DNA from: an uncultured Poribacteria bacterium
Lineage (GTDB): Bacteria > Poribacteria > WGA-4E > WGA-3G
Direction: 5' to 3'
NCBI GenBank assembly: GCA_951813565.1
Contig: OX638351.1
Location: 1,056,001-1,120,000 of the forward strand
DNA length: 64,000 nucleotides
Shown here: positions 61,222 through 64,000 of the stretch, in pieces
How positions within the stretch are numbered: the first letter of the stretch is position 1
How the letters are laid out: every line of letters starts with the position of its first letter
Made by a program: the position numbers and the translations under genes
Notes under the pieces: model-generated
Databases searched by the model: none
Seen by the model: only the letters and a program-made list of their open reading frames with translations
What the model was told of the DNA's origin: nothing

Positions 61222-61734
61222 TCAATTAATATAAAGATACTTTTTCCAAGACGGATGGTAACCCCGAAAATGACGGTTGAGTTGCAAATATGTCAAGATT
61301 GATGGCGTTTTTGGTATTCGTTTCAACTTGAAATGCGTATCATGAAGCATCTGGCTGCCTTTTTTGTTGTTGCAGCGTTTACATGCGGTCACAACATTTT
61401 CCCAAGTTGTCTTTCCACCTTTTGAAATTGGGATAACGTGGTCAAGCGTTAGCAAAGAAGCAGCAAACTCTCGATGGCAATACTGACATACATGTTGGTC
61501 GCGCGCAAGTACATTCTTACGGGAAAACTTGACAACACTGCGCGGAACATGCACGTATTTTACCAAACGAATAACGTGCGGCACTTTGACAATAGCCGAC
61601 GGTGACCGAATTTCCGATTCAGACACTTCCTCTGTTTGAGCAGTTCCTTTGAAAACCATCTTCAAGGCGCGTCTGAGATTGCAAACGTTGATCGCTTCAT
61701 AACTGGCATTTAGCACTAAAACAGGTACTTCCAC
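61222..61734 (-). CDS. HNH endonuclease
   Basis: VLVLNASYE, RDQHVCQYC, TLDHVIP.SKGG, WENVVTACKRCNNKKG. Confidence 0.92.
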   Translation of the reverse strand: MEVPVLVLNASYEAINVCNLRRALKMVFKGTAQTEEVSESEIRSPSAIVKVPHVIRLVKYVHVPRSVVKFSRKNVLARDQHVCQYCHREFAASLLTLDHVIPISKGGKTTWENVVTACKRCNNKKGSQMLHDTHFKLKRIPKTPSILTYLQLNRHFRGYHPSWKKYLYIN

Positions 61735-61826
61735 TCGCCTGTCCTCCTACAAGCAAGTATTCTGATTTTAGTCATACACTATTTTAACACATCTACGCGG
61801 CAATTGCAACTAAAATCTATTTCTTG

Positions 61827-62027
61827 GGTGTGTAAATACTTTGGCATTAACTATGTCATTTTCTTGTAGGAGGGCTTTGTCCGCCCGATAAATCCAGATC
61901 AACGCCAAATGTGCTTTTGGGCATTCAGCCAAATCAACGTCGAATACACCTATAGCATTCAGCGTTGATTCACAGTGAAGAGTCTTGAACCGAAGATCAA
62001 AATTGTAGGAAAAACTAAATAACCCTG
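61827..62027. repeat. Degenerate composite repeat
   Basis: GGGTGTGTAAATA end, GTAGGAGGGCTTTGTCCGCCCGAT REP, CAAATCAACG cassettes, AAAACTAAATAACCCTG end. Confidence 0.65.
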
Positions 62028-62092
62028 TGAGAAATACTCGTATTTGATCAAGGGAAGGGATTTTAAGGTATTTGTTCTATATTGGGATGTGT

Positions 62093-62998
62093 CTATTTGC
62101 GTCTGGAAAGATACGCCGACAACGCATGGTCAAACGGGGTAGTAGTATCCATTTGCACATAATCAATCTGGCTCGCGCCGCATCCGCGACGGTAATTCTG
62201 AATAAACTGATTCAGATTTTCAAGATATGCGGTTTTAAGTGAGTTGGCTTGTGTTGAAAGTGTCTGCCCAGTTTCCATATCTCGAAAAATTACAGAGCCG
62301 TTATATGGGAAGGTGAGTTCAGCATGATCAAGTAGGTGAAAAACGATCACCTCATGTTTCTGATGGCGGAGATGTTTCAGTGCTGATATGACGTTCGAGG
62401 GTTCATCAAGTAGGTCGGAGATAACAATAACCAATCCGCGCCTAACAATCCTTTTAGCGAGTTCGTGAAAGAGACCGCTCAACTCGGTTTCCTGCCCAGG
62501 CGTAGCATTTTCAAGCGCAGACATAATTGCACGCAGATGTGTTGCTGCGCCTCTCGGTGGAATATATTGCGTAATATCTGTATCAAAAAGAGCTAATCCA
62601 ACAGAGTCGCGTTGCTTCAGCATGAGGTAGGTAAGCGTGGCAGCAAGATAACACCCATATTCAAACTTCGTCAAAGTGTCATCTTTATGTTTGTAGTTCA
62701 TTGACGCGCTTGTATCAAGTAGAATATATGCGCGTAGGTTCGTCTCCTCTTCAAACTTCTTAACATAATACCGATCAGATTTCCCGTAGACCTTCCAGTC
62801 GATATATCGGATTTCATCGCCGGGCATATATTGCCGATGCTCAGCGAACTCTACGCTAAACCCCTGATACGGACTTTTGTGCAACCCGGTAACGAACCCT
62901 TCAACCACAAGTCGGGCGACAAGTTCCATACCTCCGATACGAGAGAGTGCTACTGGATCAAGATATTTGTGAGATGTTTGCATATTTGCTTTCACCAC
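62093..62998 (-). CDS. DUF58 (MoxR-associated, VWA-like) protein
   Basis: G.H.SP..GFSVEFAEHRQY.PGD..R.IDWK, LDTSASM, VISDL. Confidence 0.92.
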   Translation of the reverse strand: MVKANMQTSHKYLDPVALSRIGGMELVARLVVEGFVTGLHKSPYQGFSVEFAEHRQYMPGDEIRYIDWKVYGKSDRYYVKKFEEETNLRAYILLDTSASMNYKHKDDTLTKFEYGCYLAATLTYLMLKQRDSVGLALFDTDITQYIPPRGAATHLRAIMSALENATPGQETELSGLFHELAKRIVRRGLVIVISDLLDEPSNVISALKHLRHQKHEVIVFHLLDHAELTFPYNGSVIFRDMETGQTLSTQANSLKTAYLENLNQFIQNYRRGCGASQIDYVQMDTTTPFDHALSAYLSRRK

Positions 62999-63024
62999 TG
63001 TGTGAAGTGGTATAATGGTAGTAG

Positions 63025-63210
63025 TTAATTGATTTTACTTTTTTCACTAACTTGTTCAAAATGTTTTTCAATCTTGGACAAACTTTCGTCTATGTTTTTG
63101 AACGTTTGAGTTCTTTCGGTTGACTGACGTTCTACCTTACGGATTTCGGAAATGATCCCAGCACGTCCACAAAAAATAGCACCAAGCATCAAAAAAACCC
63201 AAAATTCCAT
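63025..63210 (-). CDS. Small hypothetical membrane protein
   Basis: 61 aa, hydrophobic N-terminus, RBS AGGTG, 10 nt after the upstream stop. Confidence 0.5.
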   Translation of the reverse strand: MEFWVFLMLGAIFCGRAGIISEIRKVERQSTERTQTFKNIDESLSKIEKHFEQVSEKSKIN

Positions 63211-63220
63211 CTAATCACCT

Positions 63221-63883
63221 TCAATCATCAGGATTCTGGTTAACCTTGTTAATATCAATATATTCCAATATTATGCCATACTGAGATTTCAATTCGTCTT
63301 TACAAGCGTCATGCACTTTATCTGTAAACTTTTGCCGTTTCTGAGTGATGTCAGTGGTGTCACACTCAGCAACAACCCTTCTCAGAATACTTTCGAATTT
63401 CGACTCAAAAAACATTTGCATGGTCTCAGAGGTAATTAGTTTATCGTCAAAAGATTGCGCTGCTTTGTATATATCATCTTCATCAGGAATAATTCTAAGA
63501 TAGAAGGCAACTTCAACATCACAACGTCTGAAATCATGGGTAAGAACATCTTCTCCAATAATGTCAATTCGGATCGTATTAAGAGGAATCTCGCTAATCA
63601 TATCAATAATGGTGTTGACCCAAAGACCACCGGCAAATGCAATGTTATTTTTTGTTTTATTCGCTATAAAGAGTGCTGTATTTGGTTTAGGTATTTGGTA
63701 CCGAACTGTTACGCCTATGAAGATCACAACATTTCCCGAAAGAAATAAACCTATCACCACAGTCCAGAAGAGGATTCTATTCTCGACAAGCAGCGTGATA
63801 TCAGATAAAACTGTGTATCCAAGGTAACCAGTAACAAATGAGTAGGCAATTATCAATAAGACAACAATAGCAAATCGCATCAA
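63221..63883 (-). CDS. SPFH/band-7 (flotillin-like) domain membrane protein
   Basis: Two TM helices, then RYQIPKPNTAL, VLT.D..R.DVEV.FYLRI, LRRVVA, R.KF...V. Confidence 0.72.
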   Translation of the reverse strand: MMRFAIVVLLIIAYSFVTGYLGYTVLSDITLLVENRILFWTVVIGLFLSGNVVIFIGVTVRYQIPKPNTALFIANKTKNNIAFAGGLWVNTIIDMISEIPLNTIRIDIIGEDVLTHDFRRCDVEVAFYLRIIPDEDDIYKAAQSFDDKLITSETMQMFFESKFESILRRVVAECDTTDITQKRQKFTDKVHDACKDELKSQYGIILEYIDINKVNQNPDD

Positions 63884-64000
63884 TTTTTCCTAAGCGTTCA
63901 AGGTACAGATGTTTGCCTGATATTCCTTCGTTATCTTTGAATTGTATTAACGATCCTCATGGACAATATCATTGATGAAATCTAAGCGTTCTTCTTCGTC

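Noticed and set aside
61112..62092. oriC near the rnpA-yidC-mnmE cluster
   Set aside because: No dnaA gene and no cluster of TTATCCACA boxes seen.
63947..64000. 3' end of a minus-strand gene at the window edge
   Set aside because: Only 17 codons visible; not enough to call.

Overview
64-kb bacterial chromosomal segment (no rRNA, tRNA or CRISPR array seen). Gene style (ECF sigma factors fused to BNR beta-propellers, LamG and TolB-like proteins ending in an AVxPxxKLxTxWGxxK tail, several PhyH, Gfo/Idh/MocA, NHL and TPR proteins, a sulfatase) suggests Candidatus Poribacteria; this is an inference. Content: a zinc/metal-uptake cluster (TonB receptor, two MerC-like genes, ZnuA/TroA, COG0523 GTPase, WD40), housekeeping genes (mobA, queF, nusB, hisF, murJ, thiD, gdhA, pdxJ, mnmE-jag-yidC-yidD-rnpA) and many intergenic repeats. 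Main discoveries: (1) a thioredoxin-fold/TPR selenoprotein missed by the ORF track (in-frame UGA giving a U-G-W-C motif, followed by a SECIS-like hairpin; 54236-55264); (2) a family of ~35-nt and ~25-nt hairpin cassettes that sit inside each other and inside REP-like palindromes up to five levels deep, with no visible target duplication; (3) a HigB-like toxin gene, split by an IS630 element, upstream of a protein with a HigA-like N-terminus fused to a long TPR array instead of an HTH; (4) several MITE families with 2-, 3- and 10-bp target duplications. All product calls come from recognising motifs by eye; no database search was run.
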